The position numbers were made by a program, and so were the translations under genes. Of a stretch of DNA of 64,000 bases, positions 49,946 through 59,001 are shown one piece after another. The stretch lies in contig JARRJC010000002.1 of assembly GCA_037379885.1 (NCBI GenBank), forward strand, positions 42,454-106,453, written 5' to 3'. Below the pieces are notes generated by a model that worked only from the letters and a program-made list of their open reading frames with translations, did not search any database and had not been told where the DNA came from. Each line of letters starts with the position of its first letter. The first letter of the stretch is position 1. The stretch is from Limibacillus sp. (GTDB lineage Bacteria; Pseudomonadota; Alphaproteobacteria; Kiloniellales; CECT-8803).

Positions 49946-50935
49946 CTAGAGCCTTTGCTTGGCCAGCTCGGCCAGGTTGGTTTCCGGGCGCGCGCCGTAA
50001 TGGGAAATCACCTCCGCAGCAGCCAGCGCGCCCAGGCGCCCGCAAAGATCGAGGCCCAGGCCCTTGGTGTAGCCGTGGAGGAATCCCGCAGCAAATAGAT
50101 CGCCAGCCCCCGTCGTGTCCACCACTTTCTCCACTGGGACGGCGTCGATCACGTGCAATTCATCCTGGGAAAGGATGACAGCGCCCTTCTCGCTGCGGGT
50201 CAGGGCGGCGATCTTGCAGTGTCCGCGCACGCGCTGAAGCGCCTCGTCGAAGCTCTCCACCTCGTAGAGCGAGGTCAGCTCCGCCTCGTTGGCGAAGAGG
50301 ATGTCGACATGGCTCGCGACCAGCTCCAGGAAGGAGGCGCGGTGACGCTCGACGCAGAAGGGGTCGGAGAGGCTGAGCGCCACCTCGCGGCCCGCGGCGT
50401 GCGCCGCCTTGGCCGCCTTCAGATAGGCCTGCTTGGCGGGCTCGGCGTCCCAGAGGTAGCCCTCCAGATAGGTCACCTTGGCGGCGGCGACCAGCGCCTC
50501 GTCCACCAGATCGGGCGACATGTGGACCGAAGCGCCCAGGAAGGTGTTCATGGTCCGCTCGGCGTCCGGCGTGACGAAGATCAGGCAGCGCGCGGTCGGC
50601 GGCCCTTCGAGCGCGGCGGGCGTCTCGAAACTGACGCCCGAGGCGCGGATGTCGTGGCGGAAGATGCCGCCGAGCTGATCGTTGCGGACCAGCCCGATGA
50701 AGGCGGCGTCGCTGCCGAACTGCGCCACGCCCACAAGGGTGTTGGCCGCCGAACCGCCGGAGATCTCGTGCGCCGGCCCCATCGCGCCATAGAGGCTTTC
50801 GGCGCGGTGGCTGTCGATCAGGGTCATGACCCCCTTGTCCAGACCCTCACCCTCCAGGAAGGCGTCATCGGCGCGCGTGAGCACGTCCACGATGGCGTTG
50901 CCGATTCCCAGGACGTCGAATCGCAGTTCGGTCAT
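49946..50935 (-). CDS. PfkB-family carbohydrate/nucleoside kinase, adenosine-kinase-like
   Basis: 329 aa, MTELRFDVLGIGNAIVDVLTRADDAFLEGEGLDKGVMTLID...DTTGAGDLFAAGFLHG... Confidence 0.78.
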   Translation of the reverse strand: MTELRFDVLGIGNAIVDVLTRADDAFLEGEGLDKGVMTLIDSHRAESLYGAMGPAHEISGGSAANTLVGVAQFGSDAAFIGLVRNDQLGGIFRHDIRASGVSFETPAALEGPPTARCLIFVTPDAERTMNTFLGASVHMSPDLVDEALVAAAKVTYLEGYLWDAEPAKQAYLKAAKAAHAAGREVALSLSDPFCVERHRASFLELVASHVDILFANEAELTSLYEVESFDEALQRVRGHCKIAALTRSEKGAVILSQDELHVIDAVPVEKVVDTTGAGDLFAAGFLHGYTKGLGLDLCGRLGALAAAEVISHYGARPETNLAELAKQRL

Positions 50936-51063
50936 GGAGGCCAGGTCCTCTTATCCATTGAAGTTTCGGTCCAACCGATTGCGGCGGAGAGTACGCCAGC
51001 GCTCCGTGTCGCGGCAAGCCGGGCCTTGCGCTCGCCACCCATCCGCGCCTATATGCCGCCATC

Positions 51064-51786
51064 ATGTTTTCTGCACTCGGCAAGGCCTTTTCCCAGCTCT
51101 CCGACCCGCGCGTGCGCCGGGTCCTCTTCTGGTCGCTCGGCCTGGCGCTGGTGATCTTCTTCGCGCTCTGGGCCGGGCTCGGCTTCCTGGTCACGCTGGG
51201 CGGCGACAGCCTGGCGGCCTTCGTGGAGGGCGCCGGCTGGGGCTCGCCCTGGTCGGACATCGCGGACTGGATCGCGACGCTCGGCGGGTTCCTGCTGCTG
51301 ATCGTGGTCTCCTTCCTGGTCTTTCCCGGCGTGGTCTCCATGATCGTGCCGCTGTTCATGGATCAGGTCGCCGGCGCGGTGGAGGAGAGGCACTACCCCG
51401 CCCTGCCGCCGGCCCGCGAACAGCCGGTCTCCGAAATGCTGGGCGACGCGGTGAAGCTGGGCCTGGTGACCGTGGGCCTCAACCTGGCGGCGCTGCCCTT
51501 CTATCTCATCTTCCTGTTCATACCCGGGCTCAATCTGGTGCTCTTCTACCTTCTGAACGGGTATCTCTTCGGGCGGGAGTATTTCGAGCTGGTCGCCGTG
51601 CGCCGGCTGGGCCGAGACGAGATGAAAAAGCTTTGGTTGTCCCGCAAGCGCCAATTCATGCTGGCCGGGGTGGTGATCACCTTCCTCTTCTCGGTCCCCA
51701 TCGTGAACCTGATCGCGCCGGTCGTGGGCACCGCCTTCATGGTTCACCTTTTTCAACGGGAAACTGTAGCGCGGTCACGGGGCTAG
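51064..51786 (+). CDS. EI24/CysZ-like family membrane protein
   Basis: 240 aa, MFSALGKAFSQLSDPRVRRVLFWSLGLALVIFF...LNGYLFGREYFELVA... Confidence 0.7.
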   Translation: MFSALGKAFSQLSDPRVRRVLFWSLGLALVIFFALWAGLGFLVTLGGDSLAAFVEGAGWGSPWSDIADWIATLGGFLLLIVVSFLVFPGVVSMIVPLFMDQVAGAVEERHYPALPPAREQPVSEMLGDAVKLGLVTVGLNLAALPFYLIFLFIPGLNLVLFYLLNGYLFGREYFELVAVRRLGRDEMKKLWLSRKRQFMLAGVVITFLFSVPIVNLIAPVVGTAFMVHLFQRETVARSRG

Positions 51787-51829
51787 GCCCTATAGTTAGC
51801 GAAAGATTCATTCCTGGTGGGGGAATATC

Positions 51830-52507
51830 ATGGCCATGTTTGGCAAGAAGAAAGACGTCGAGGCTCCTGAGTCCCTGCGCGACGAGCGTCCGCAGCACCC
51901 GGACCTCCTGGCACAGCGCAACCGCGCCCAGGCGATTCCCGCCGGGCCGTCGCGTCTTAGTCAATACGGCCAGGGCGGCGCAACGCGCCCCCTGCGCCCC
52001 TCCGAGCAGAGCGCCCCGGAACAGGCCGCTGCGAGCGAGGCGGAGAGCGCCGCCGAGGAGACCGCGGGCTCCGCGCCGAGCGAAGCCGCGGCCAAGAAGC
52101 TGGGTGAGCCCACGCCGCGCCCGGCCAACCCGATCCCCTCCTTTTCCGGCGGCGGCTCCGGCCCGCAGAGCGGGTCGGGCACCGGCAAGCGGCTCTCGGT
52201 CGGCAAGGGCATCAGCCTTTCCGGCGAGATCAAGAACTGCGAGCAGTTGCTGGTCGAAGGCGAGATCGAGGCGACCCTGAAGGACTGCGAGAGCCTGGAG
52301 ATCGCCAAGGACGGCCTGTTCAAGGGCAGCGCCGAAGTCAAGAACGCCACCATCAGCGGCCGTTTCGAGGGCGACCTCAAGGTCCTTGGCTGCCTGACGC
52401 TGCGCAGCGGCGGCGAGGTGGAGGGCACGGTGACCTATGCCGACCTCTCCATCGAACGCGGCGGCCGCCTGCGCGGCAAGATGGAAGACATCAAGGAAGG
52501 CTCCTGA
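51830..52507 (+). CDS. Bactofilin-family cytoskeletal protein with a long Pro/Ala/Ser-rich N-terminal region
   Basis: C-terminal beta-helix repeats read ISLSGEIKNCEQLLVEGEIEATLKDCESLEIAKDGLFKGSAEVKNATISGRFEGDLKVLGCLTLRSGGEVEGTVTYADLSIERGGRLRG. The N-terminus M(AM)FGKKKD resembles the bactofilin membrane-targeting motif, so the start may be ATG 51836. Confidence 0.88.
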   Translation: MAMFGKKKDVEAPESLRDERPQHPDLLAQRNRAQAIPAGPSRLSQYGQGGATRPLRPSEQSAPEQAAASEAESAAEETAGSAPSEAAAKKLGEPTPRPANPIPSFSGGGSGPQSGSGTGKRLSVGKGISLSGEIKNCEQLLVEGEIEATLKDCESLEIAKDGLFKGSAEVKNATISGRFEGDLKVLGCLTLRSGGEVEGTVTYADLSIERGGRLRGKMEDIKEGS

Positions 52508-52512
52508 GGGCC

Positions 52513-52887
52513 ATGCGCGGCCTGCTGCTGATACCCGCGATCCTGCTGCTGGCGGCTTGCCAGACCAGCGGCACGGCGCAGCGGACAGCGGTCAGCGACC
52601 TCGCGGCCCGGCCCAGCGCACCCGACCCGGCAAGCCTCGCGGGTCAGGACCCGGGGGGCCTGACCGCCCTGATCGGTAAGCCGACCCTGGTGCGCCAGGA
52701 AGCCAGCGTCGAGATCTGGCAGTATCAGGGGGCGTCTTGCGTGCTGGACGTCTTCTTCTATCCCGATGGCGCAACGCGGCGCGTCCTGCATCTGGAAGCG
52801 CGCGACCGCGTCGCCGCCGACCAGCAACCGCTGGAAGGCTGTCTGGATCAGGTGATGACCGCCGAGCGCGTCCGCGCCACCAGCTAG
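52513..52887 (+). CDS. Hypothetical lipoprotein
   Basis: MRGLLLIPAILLLAACQTSG, with a lipobox LLAAC. Starts 5 nt after the bactofilin gene. I recognise no domain. Confidence 0.65.
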   Translation: MRGLLLIPAILLLAACQTSGTAQRTAVSDLAARPSAPDPASLAGQDPGGLTALIGKPTLVRQEASVEIWQYQGASCVLDVFFYPDGATRRVLHLEARDRVAADQQPLEGCLDQVMTAERVRATS

Positions 52888-53612
52888 GCGCCTTTCTTCC
52901 CAGCAGCTTTTTTTGCCGCGCTCTTTGCCGCCGCTGTGCCCTTGGGCTTGGGGCTGCGCGTCTTGGGCAGGAAGTCCGCTTCGCTGGTCTTCTGCTTGAA
53001 GGCGCAGAGGTCACGGATCACGCAGCGCGGGCACTCCGGCTTGCGCGCCTTGCAGACGTAGCGGCCATGCAGGATCAGCCAGTGATGGGCGTGCAGCTTG
53101 CGGTCCTCGGGCACCGCCTTCTCCAGCTTCAGCTCCACCGCCAGCGGCGTCTTGCCCGGCGCCAGCCCGGTGCGGTTGCAGACCCGGAAGATGTGGGTGT
53201 CGACGGCCATGGTCGGCTGCCCGAAGGCGACGTTGCAGACGACGTTGGCGGTCTTGCGCCCCACGCCGGGCAGCTCTTCGAGCAGATCGCGCTCGCGCGG
53301 CACCTCGCCGTCGTACTTCTCCAGCAGGATGCGTGAGAGCGCGATGACGTTCTTTGCCTTGGCGTTGAAGAGCCCGATGGTCTTGATGTGCTCCTTCAGT
53401 CCCTCCTCGCCCAGCGCCAGCATCTTCTGTGGCGTGTCGGCGACGGGAAAGAGCGAGCGGGTGGCGCGGTTGACACCGGCGTCGGTCGCCTGGGCGGAGA
53501 GCACCACGGCCACCAGCAGCGTGTAGGGCGAGGCGTACTCCAGCTCGCTCTTGGGGTCCGGCAGGGCGGCGGAAAGACGCTCGAAGAGCGTTACGACGTC
53601 TTGTTTCTTCAT
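52884..53612 (-). CDS. nth: Endonuclease III
   Basis: ORF 52884..53720 trimmed to ATG 53612: MKKQDVVTLFERL...LPGVGRKTANVV...VDTHIFRV...CKARKPECPRCVIRDLC (the 4Fe-4S cluster loop). A Lys/Ala-rich C-terminal tail follows. Confidence 0.95.
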   Translation of the reverse strand: MKKQDVVTLFERLSAALPDPKSELEYASPYTLLVAVVLSAQATDAGVNRATRSLFPVADTPQKMLALGEEGLKEHIKTIGLFNAKAKNVIALSRILLEKYDGEVPRERDLLEELPGVGRKTANVVCNVAFGQPTMAVDTHIFRVCNRTGLAPGKTPLAVELKLEKAVPEDRKLHAHHWLILHGRYVCKARKPECPRCVIRDLCAFKQKTSEADFLPKTRSPKPKGTAAAKSAAKKAAGKKGA

Positions 53613-53700
53613 GGCTGAGGCGATTTGTCGTCCCTGTTTATTCGGGCGAATATCCGCGCGGGTCTTGGCGCGGCTTTCCGCCGATCCTATTCTTGTCTTT

Positions 53701-54192
53701 ATGGCACAGGAACCCGACAAAGGCGACGAGACGCTGTTCGATGCGGTCCTAACCCCGCACCGGAGCCTCGGCCCGCGCGGATTCTTCTTCCTGATGGCGG
53801 GGGTGGTGGCGATTTCCTTTTCCGCCGGGCTCTTCTTCTTCCTGGTGGGCGCCTGGCCCGTGGTAGGTTTCCTGGGCCTCGACGTGCTGCTGATCTACGG
53901 CGCCTTCAAGCTCAACTACCGCGCCGCGCGCATGTACGAGACGCTGCGGCTGACCCGTGACGAACTGGCCGTCGAGCGGGTGAGCCGGCGGGGCGAGCGG
54001 CAGTCCTGGCGCTTTTCGCCGGCCTGGCTGAAGGTCGAAATCGACGAGGCGCCCGATAGCAACAGCCCGCTTACGCTGCGCGCCCACGGAAAGCAGCTGG
54101 AAATCGCACGGTTCCTCAGTCCCGAAGAGCGGATCGACCTCGCCCATGCGCTGCGCCGCGCTCTGGCGCCGCTCAGCGCGGGAACGGTTTAG
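53701..54192 (+). CDS. DUF2244-like integral membrane protein
   Basis: ORF 53551..54192 trimmed to ATG 53701: MAQEPDKGDETLFDAVLTPHRSLGPRGFFFLMAGVVAISFSAGLFFFLVGAWPVVGFLGLDVLLIYGAFKLNYR... Confidence 0.65.
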   Translation: MAQEPDKGDETLFDAVLTPHRSLGPRGFFFLMAGVVAISFSAGLFFFLVGAWPVVGFLGLDVLLIYGAFKLNYRAARMYETLRLTRDELAVERVSRRGERQSWRFSPAWLKVEIDEAPDSNSPLTLRAHGKQLEIARFLSPEERIDLAHALRRALAPLSAGTV

Positions 54193-54216
54193 CGACCCCC
54201 ATTAACGGCCCGCCCC

Positions 54217-54987
54217 TTAACGTCCCCCGGACACCTTGATGTTCGCTCCCAGACAGTAAGAGGCCGCATCGGAGAGCAGCCAGGAGACCGCCTCGGCCAC
54301 CTCCTCCGCCTCTCCGGCGCGGCCAAGGGGAATCGCGCTCTGCAAGCGTTCGAGACGCTCGGGCGCCTTGCTCTCACGTTCATGGATCTCCGTTGCGATC
54401 AGGCCGGGCGAGACGGCGTTCACCCGGATACCCTCCCCAGCCAACTCCTTGGCGAGCCCGATGGTGAAGCTGTCGATCGCGCCCTTGGTCGCGGCGTACC
54501 AAGTGTATTCGCCGGGGCTTCCCAGTTCGGCGGCGACCGAGGAGATGTTCACCATGGCCCCGCCCTTGCCGCCATAGCGCGTCGAGGCCTGACGGATGAA
54601 GGCCTGCGCGCAGTAGAAGACGCCCAGGATGTTGACCCGCACGGCCCGCTCCAGGGTGTAGTGGTCGGCTTCGTCCAGACGGCTGACCGGCCCGGTGATC
54701 CCGGCATTGTTGACCAGGGCCGAGAGCGGCCCGAAGGCCGCCGACGCCTCGTCGAAAAGCTGCTTTACCTGTTCGGGATCGGCGCTGTCGGCCTGGAAGG
54801 GTAGGGCCTCTCCGCCCGCCGCATGGATCGCCTCGACGGTGCGCAGCGCCGCTTCCTCGTCTGAGACGTAGTTGACGGCGACGCGCCAGCCCTCGGCGGC
54901 CAGCAGACGGCTGACCGCCGCCCCGATGCCGCGGCTGCCGCCGGTCACCAGAACGGCTCTGTTCTTGCCAGCAGTGTGATCGTCCAT
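54217..54987 (-). CDS. Short-chain dehydrogenase/reductase (classical SDR)
   Basis: ORF 54217..55011 trimmed to ATG 54987, which follows a GGGGGAGGG SD: MDDHTAGKNRAVLVTGGSRGIGAA...NNAG...YAATKGA... Confidence 0.9.
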   Translation of the reverse strand: MDDHTAGKNRAVLVTGGSRGIGAAVSRLLAAEGWRVAVNYVSDEEAALRTVEAIHAAGGEALPFQADSADPEQVKQLFDEASAAFGPLSALVNNAGITGPVSRLDEADHYTLERAVRVNILGVFYCAQAFIRQASTRYGGKGGAMVNISSVAAELGSPGEYTWYAATKGAIDSFTIGLAKELAGEGIRVNAVSPGLIATEIHERESKAPERLERLQSAIPLGRAGEAEEVAEAVSWLLSDAASYCLGANIKVSGGR

Positions 54988-55059
54988 GAAGCGCCCTCCC
55001 CCGAAGCACAAGGAGATAGATCAGGAGTCTAGCGTCAATTCCGGGGGAGAAGAAAGAAA

Positions 55060-55108
55060 GTCCCGGACCGGCTTCGGAGAGGGAGAGGGAGAGAGGCCGG
55101 TCCGGGAC
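55060..55108 (-). other. Orphan long stem-loop with a CU-rich loop, followed by a U-rich tract (sRNA 3' end, attenuator or anti-SD element candidate)
   Basis: Perfect 13-bp inverted repeat gtcccggaccggc / gccggtccgggac with a 23-nt loop. The loop on the minus strand is CUCUCUCCCUCUCCCUCUCCGAA. TTTCTTTCTTCT follows on the minus strand. Confidence 0.4.
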
Positions 55109-55231
55109 CCAACCAGTTCGTCGCCGAACTGAATAGGAAGTATCAAATTGTATAATCCGATAAGCCGTATCATTTTTGCGTTCATCGACCCATCGTTGTC
55201 AGACTTTGCTGAATCTCTGCCCGCATGGCAA

Positions 55232-55264
55232 GAAAAAAGGACGCGATGGCGTGCATCGCGTCCT
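55232..55264 (-). terminator. Rho-independent terminator of the sdh operon
   Basis: Minus strand: AGGACGCGATG-cacgc-CATCGCGTCCT, followed by TTTTTTCTT. It lies 54 nt after the sdhB stop. Confidence 0.85.
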
Positions 55265-55317
55265 CATGGCTTGTGGATAAAAACTCTTTTCGCGGCTTCA
55301 AGGGGCCGCAGGCGGGC

Positions 55318-56097
55318 TTACCCCCGGCGCTCCACCATAAGCTGCTTGATCTCCGCAATCGCCTTTGCAGGGTTGAGGCTCTTGGGACAGGTCTTGGTGC
55401 AGTTCATGATGGTGTGGCAGCGGTAGAGCCGGAAGGGGTCCTCCAACTGGTCCAACCGTTCGCCGGTGAACTCGTCGCGGCTGTCCGCGATCCAGCGGTA
55501 AGCCTGGAGCAGCACGGCCGGACCCAGGTAGCGGTCGCCGTTCCACCAGTAGCTCGGGCAGGAGGTGGTGCAGGAGAAGCAGAGAATGCACTCCCACAGG
55601 CCGTCCAGCTTCTCGCGCTCCTCCGGGCTCTGCAGCCGCTCGCGCTCCGGGGCGGGCGTGGTGGTCTTCAGCCAGGGCTCGACCGAGGCGAGCTGGGCGT
55701 AGGCCTGGTTGAGGTCGGGCACGAGATCCTTGACCACCGGCATGTGCGGCAGCGGATAGACCTTGGCCTCGCCCTCGACGTCATCGATGTACTTGGTGCA
55801 GGCCAGCGTGTTCGTGCCGTCGATGTTCATGGCGCAGGAGCCGCAGACGCCCTCGCGGCAGGAACGCCGGAAGGTGAGCGTCGGGTCGATCTCGTTCTTG
55901 ATCTTGATCAGGGCGTCCAGAACCATCGGCCCGCAGTCGTCGAGGTCGACGGTATAGCTGTCGAGGCGGGGGTTCTGCCCGCCATCCGGATCCCAGCGGT
56001 AGACCTTGAAGGTCTTTGGCTGTTTCGCGCCGGAAGGCGCGGGCCAGGATTTGCCCGTCTGGACTTGCGAGTTCTTCGGCAAGGCGAATTCTGCCAT
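55318..56097 (-). CDS. sdhB: Succinate dehydrogenase iron-sulfur subunit
   Basis: 259 aa, ...[19 protein letters not shown]...[16 protein letters not shown]...[13 protein letters not shown]... Confidence 0.97.
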   Translation of the reverse strand: MAEFALPKNSQVQTGKSWPAPSGAKQPKTFKVYRWDPDGGQNPRLDSYTVDLDDCGPMVLDALIKIKNEIDPTLTFRRSCREGVCGSCAMNIDGTNTLACTKYIDDVEGEAKVYPLPHMPVVKDLVPDLNQAYAQLASVEPWLKTTTPAPERERLQSPEEREKLDGLWECILCFSCTTSCPSYWWNGDRYLGPAVLLQAYRWIADSRDEFTGERLDQLEDPFRLYRCHTIMNCTKTCPKSLNPAKAIAEIKQLMVERRG

Positions 56098-56152
56098 GGG
56101 TCTAAATGCCTCTTTCTTCTCTTCCTCGGGTCCTGCCGGTCGGTCGCGCGCT

Positions 56153-57973
56153 TTAGTAGACGCGCGCCTTGGGCGGGAAGGACTGCACCTCGTTGGTCAT
56201 GGGCTGCAGCGTCACGGGCCGGTAGTCGAAGCGGACCTTTCCGTCGTCGTCGCACCAGACCAGCGTGTGCTTCATCCAGTTCTCGTCGTCGCGGTCCGGA
56301 TGATCCTCGCGGGCGTGCGCGCCGCGGCTTTCGGTCCGGTGCAAGGCCGAGTTCATGGTCGCCTGGGCCTGATACATCAGGTTGTCGTACTCCAGGGTCT
56401 CGACCAGATCGGAGTTCCAGATCAGCGAGCGGTCGGAAACGGCGATGTCGCCCTTCTCCGCCCAGACGCCGTTCAGCTTCTCCACGCCCTCGCCGATGAT
56501 CTCGCCGGTGCGGAACACTGCGGCGTGGTCCTGCATGGCGCGCTGCATCTTGTCGCGCAGGCTGGCGGTCGACTGCTCGCCCTTGGCGTGGCGCAGGCGG
56601 TCGAAACGCTCAAGCGAGCGGTCGGCGGAGTCGGAGGCCAGCGGCCGCTGGCTTTCGCCCGGCTTCAGGACATCCGCGCAGTGCAGCGCGGCGGCGCGCC
56701 CGAAGACCACCAGATCGAGCAGCGAGTTGGAGCCGAGGCGGTTCGCCCCGTGGACCGAGACGCAGCCCGCCTCGCCCACGGCCATCAGGCCGTTGACGGT
56801 CTTCAAGGGGTCCTTGGGATCGCCCGCCAGGACCTCGCCGTTCAGGTTGGTCGGGATGCCGCCCATGTTGTAGTGGCAGGTCGGCAGAACCGGGATCGGC
56901 TCGCGGGTCACGTCGACGCCCGCGAAGATCTTCGCCGTCTCCGAAATGCCGGGCAGGCGCTGGTGCAGGATGTCGGGATCCAGATGCTCCAGGTGCAGGT
57001 GGATGTGGTCGTTGTTCGGGCCGACGCCCCGGCCTTCGCGAATCTCCATGGTCATGGAGCGGCTGACCACGTCGCGGCTGGCCAGGTCCTTGGCCGAGGG
57101 GGCGTAGCGCTCCATGAAGCGCTCCCCCTCGGAGTTGGTCAGATAGCCGCCCTCGCCGCGCGCGCCCTCGGTGATCAGGCAGCCCGCGCCGTAGATGCCG
57201 GTCGGATGGAACTGCACGAACTCCATGTCCTGAAGCGGCAGGCCCGCGCGCGCCACCATGGCGTTGCCGTCGCCGGTCTGGGTGTGCGCGCCGGTGCAGG
57301 AGAAGTAGACGCGCCCGTAACCGCCGGTCGCCAGGATCACCTGGCGGGAGCGGAAACGGTGCATCTTGCCGTCGTCGAGGTTCCAGGCCACCACGCCGCG
57401 GCACTCGCCGTCCTCCATGATGAGGTCGAGGGCGAAGTACTCGATGAAGAACTCCGCGTTCCGGCGCAGCGACTGCTGATAGAGCGTGTGCAGGATGGCG
57501 TGGCCCGTGCGGTCCGCCGCCGCGCAGGTGCGCTGCGCGGTGCCCTTGCCGTACTCGGTGGTCATGCCGCCGAAGGGGCGCTGGTAGATCTTGCCCGCCT
57601 CGGTGCGGCTGAAGGGCACGCCGTAGTGCTCCAGCTCGATGATGGCGGGGATCGCCTCCTTGGTCATGTACTCGATGGAGTCCTGGTCGCCCAGCCAGTC
57701 CGACCCCTTGACGGTGTCGTACATGTGCCAGCGCCAGTCGTCCTCGCCCATGTTGCCGAGCGCCGCCGAGATGCCGCCCTGCGCGGCCACGGTGTGGCTG
57801 CGGGTCGGGAAGACCTTGGTGATGCAGGCGGTCTTCAGACCCGCCTCCGCCAGGCCCAGCGTCGCGCGCAGACCCGCGCCGCCGGCGCCGACCACCACCA
57901 CGTCGTAGGTGTGTTCGACGATTTCGTAGGCCGGTCCGGCCTTGGTGCCGTTGCTGCCGTTCTTTTCAGCCAT
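56153..57973 (-). CDS. sdhA: Succinate dehydrogenase flavoprotein subunit
   Basis: 606 aa, ...[19 protein letters not shown]...[12 protein letters not shown]... Confidence 0.97.
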   Translation of the reverse strand: MAEKNGSNGTKAGPAYEIVEHTYDVVVVGAGGAGLRATLGLAEAGLKTACITKVFPTRSHTVAAQGGISAALGNMGEDDWRWHMYDTVKGSDWLGDQDSIEYMTKEAIPAIIELEHYGVPFSRTEAGKIYQRPFGGMTTEYGKGTAQRTCAAADRTGHAILHTLYQQSLRRNAEFFIEYFALDLIMEDGECRGVVAWNLDDGKMHRFRSRQVILATGGYGRVYFSCTGAHTQTGDGNAMVARAGLPLQDMEFVQFHPTGIYGAGCLITEGARGEGGYLTNSEGERFMERYAPSAKDLASRDVVSRSMTMEIREGRGVGPNNDHIHLHLEHLDPDILHQRLPGISETAKIFAGVDVTREPIPVLPTCHYNMGGIPTNLNGEVLAGDPKDPLKTVNGLMAVGEAGCVSVHGANRLGSNSLLDLVVFGRAAALHCADVLKPGESQRPLASDSADRSLERFDRLRHAKGEQSTASLRDKMQRAMQDHAAVFRTGEIIGEGVEKLNGVWAEKGDIAVSDRSLIWNSDLVETLEYDNLMYQAQATMNSALHRTESRGAHAREDHPDRDDENWMKHTLVWCDDDGKVRFDYRPVTLQPMTNEVQSFPPKARVY

Positions 57974-57983
57974 CAGGTGCCCC

Positions 57984-58358
57984 TTACAGCATAATCTTCA
58001 AAACCGAGAGGACGCCGATCACGCCCAGGAAGATGCAAAAAAACCGCATCACGATCAGACTCGAGATCTTCTTCCACTCGGTATGGACATAGTCTTCGAT
58101 GACCACCTGCAAACCCAGCATCGCGTGGTAAAAAGTCGCAATCACAAGCAGGATCATCAGGCCGCCGGAAAGCGGCGTCGAGAGCCACTGGACGAACTCG
58201 GCGTAGCTCGCGCCGGTATGGGCGATCACCGAAATGACGAACCAGAGGGTCAGCGGGACCAGCGCGATCGCGGTCAGGCGCTGCATCCAGAAATGCTCCG
58301 TGCCGTCCTTGGCGGAGCCGAGCCCGCGAACCTTGGCGAGGGGGGTGCGTAACGACAT
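57984..58358 (-). CDS. sdhD: Succinate dehydrogenase hydrophobic membrane anchor subunit
   Basis: 124 aa, [36 protein letters not shown]... The call also rests on its position between sdhC and sdhA. Confidence 0.9.
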   Translation of the reverse strand: MSLRTPLAKVRGLGSAKDGTEHFWMQRLTAIALVPLTLWFVISVIAHTGASYAEFVQWLSTPLSGGLMILLVIATFYHAMLGLQVVIEDYVHTEWKKISSLIVMRFFCIFLGVIGVLSVLKIML

Positions 58359-58363
58359 GGTTT

Positions 58364-58762
58364 TCAGCCTCCCACCACGTAACCGATGATCCAGGAGAAG
58401 AGCGTCAGGCCGCCGGTCGCCGCCAGCACCGCCATGCCCGACTTATAGGCCGTGTCCAGCTCGAAGCCGTAGCCCGCGTCCCAGAACAGGTGCCGGATGC
58501 CGTTGCAGAGATGGTAGAAGAGCGCCGCGCTCCAGCCGAACAGCAGCAGGCGCCCGAAGAAGGAGCCGATGAAGCCCTGGGCGGCCGCATAGCTCTCCGG
58601 CCCGCCCGCCGCGCCCACCAGCCAGTAGATCAGCAGCAGGGTGCCGACCGCCAGCGCCACGCCGGTCGCGCGGTGGGTGATCGACAGGATCGAGGTGTAC
58701 TGCGGCTTATAGACCTGAAGGTGGGGAGAGAGCGGTCGATTGCTTTGTGGTTGGTCCGTCAT
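58364..58762 (-). CDS. sdhC: Succinate dehydrogenase cytochrome b556 subunit
   Basis: 132 aa, MTDQPQSNRPLSPHLQVYKPQYTSILSITHRATGVAL... Confidence 0.92.
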   Translation of the reverse strand: MTDQPQSNRPLSPHLQVYKPQYTSILSITHRATGVALAVGTLLLIYWLVGAAGGPESYAAAQGFIGSFFGRLLLFGWSAALFYHLCNGIRHLFWDAGYGFELDTAYKSGMAVLAATGGLTLFSWIIGYVVGG

Positions 58763-58878
58763 CTGGCCCGTCTTTCTCCAGCGGCGGCGCCGCCGGTCGT
58801 GGTTGTCATCTCGTCAAAGGACCCGCCGTGGCTCGAAAAGCGCCTGTCAGGGTCGGATCCTTCTAGAAAGCGGCCCCA

Positions 58879-58907
58879 ATTAAGACCGCAGTGCAGCATG
58901 AAGTCAA
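58879..58907 (-). promoter_or_regulatory. Candidate sigma-70-type promoter for sdhCDAB
   Basis: Minus strand: TTGACT (58907..58902), 17-nt spacer, CTTAAT (58884..58879). It lies about 115 nt upstream of the sdhC ATG. Confidence 0.4.
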
Positions 58908-59001
58908 CGCGAGGCGGCCTCTGGCGCACCCGCTTAGAAGAGCCTATCGCGCCGCTGCAGCGCGACAAGCCCCCTCCGCTTGAGGTTCCCGTCCCAGGCG
59001 C

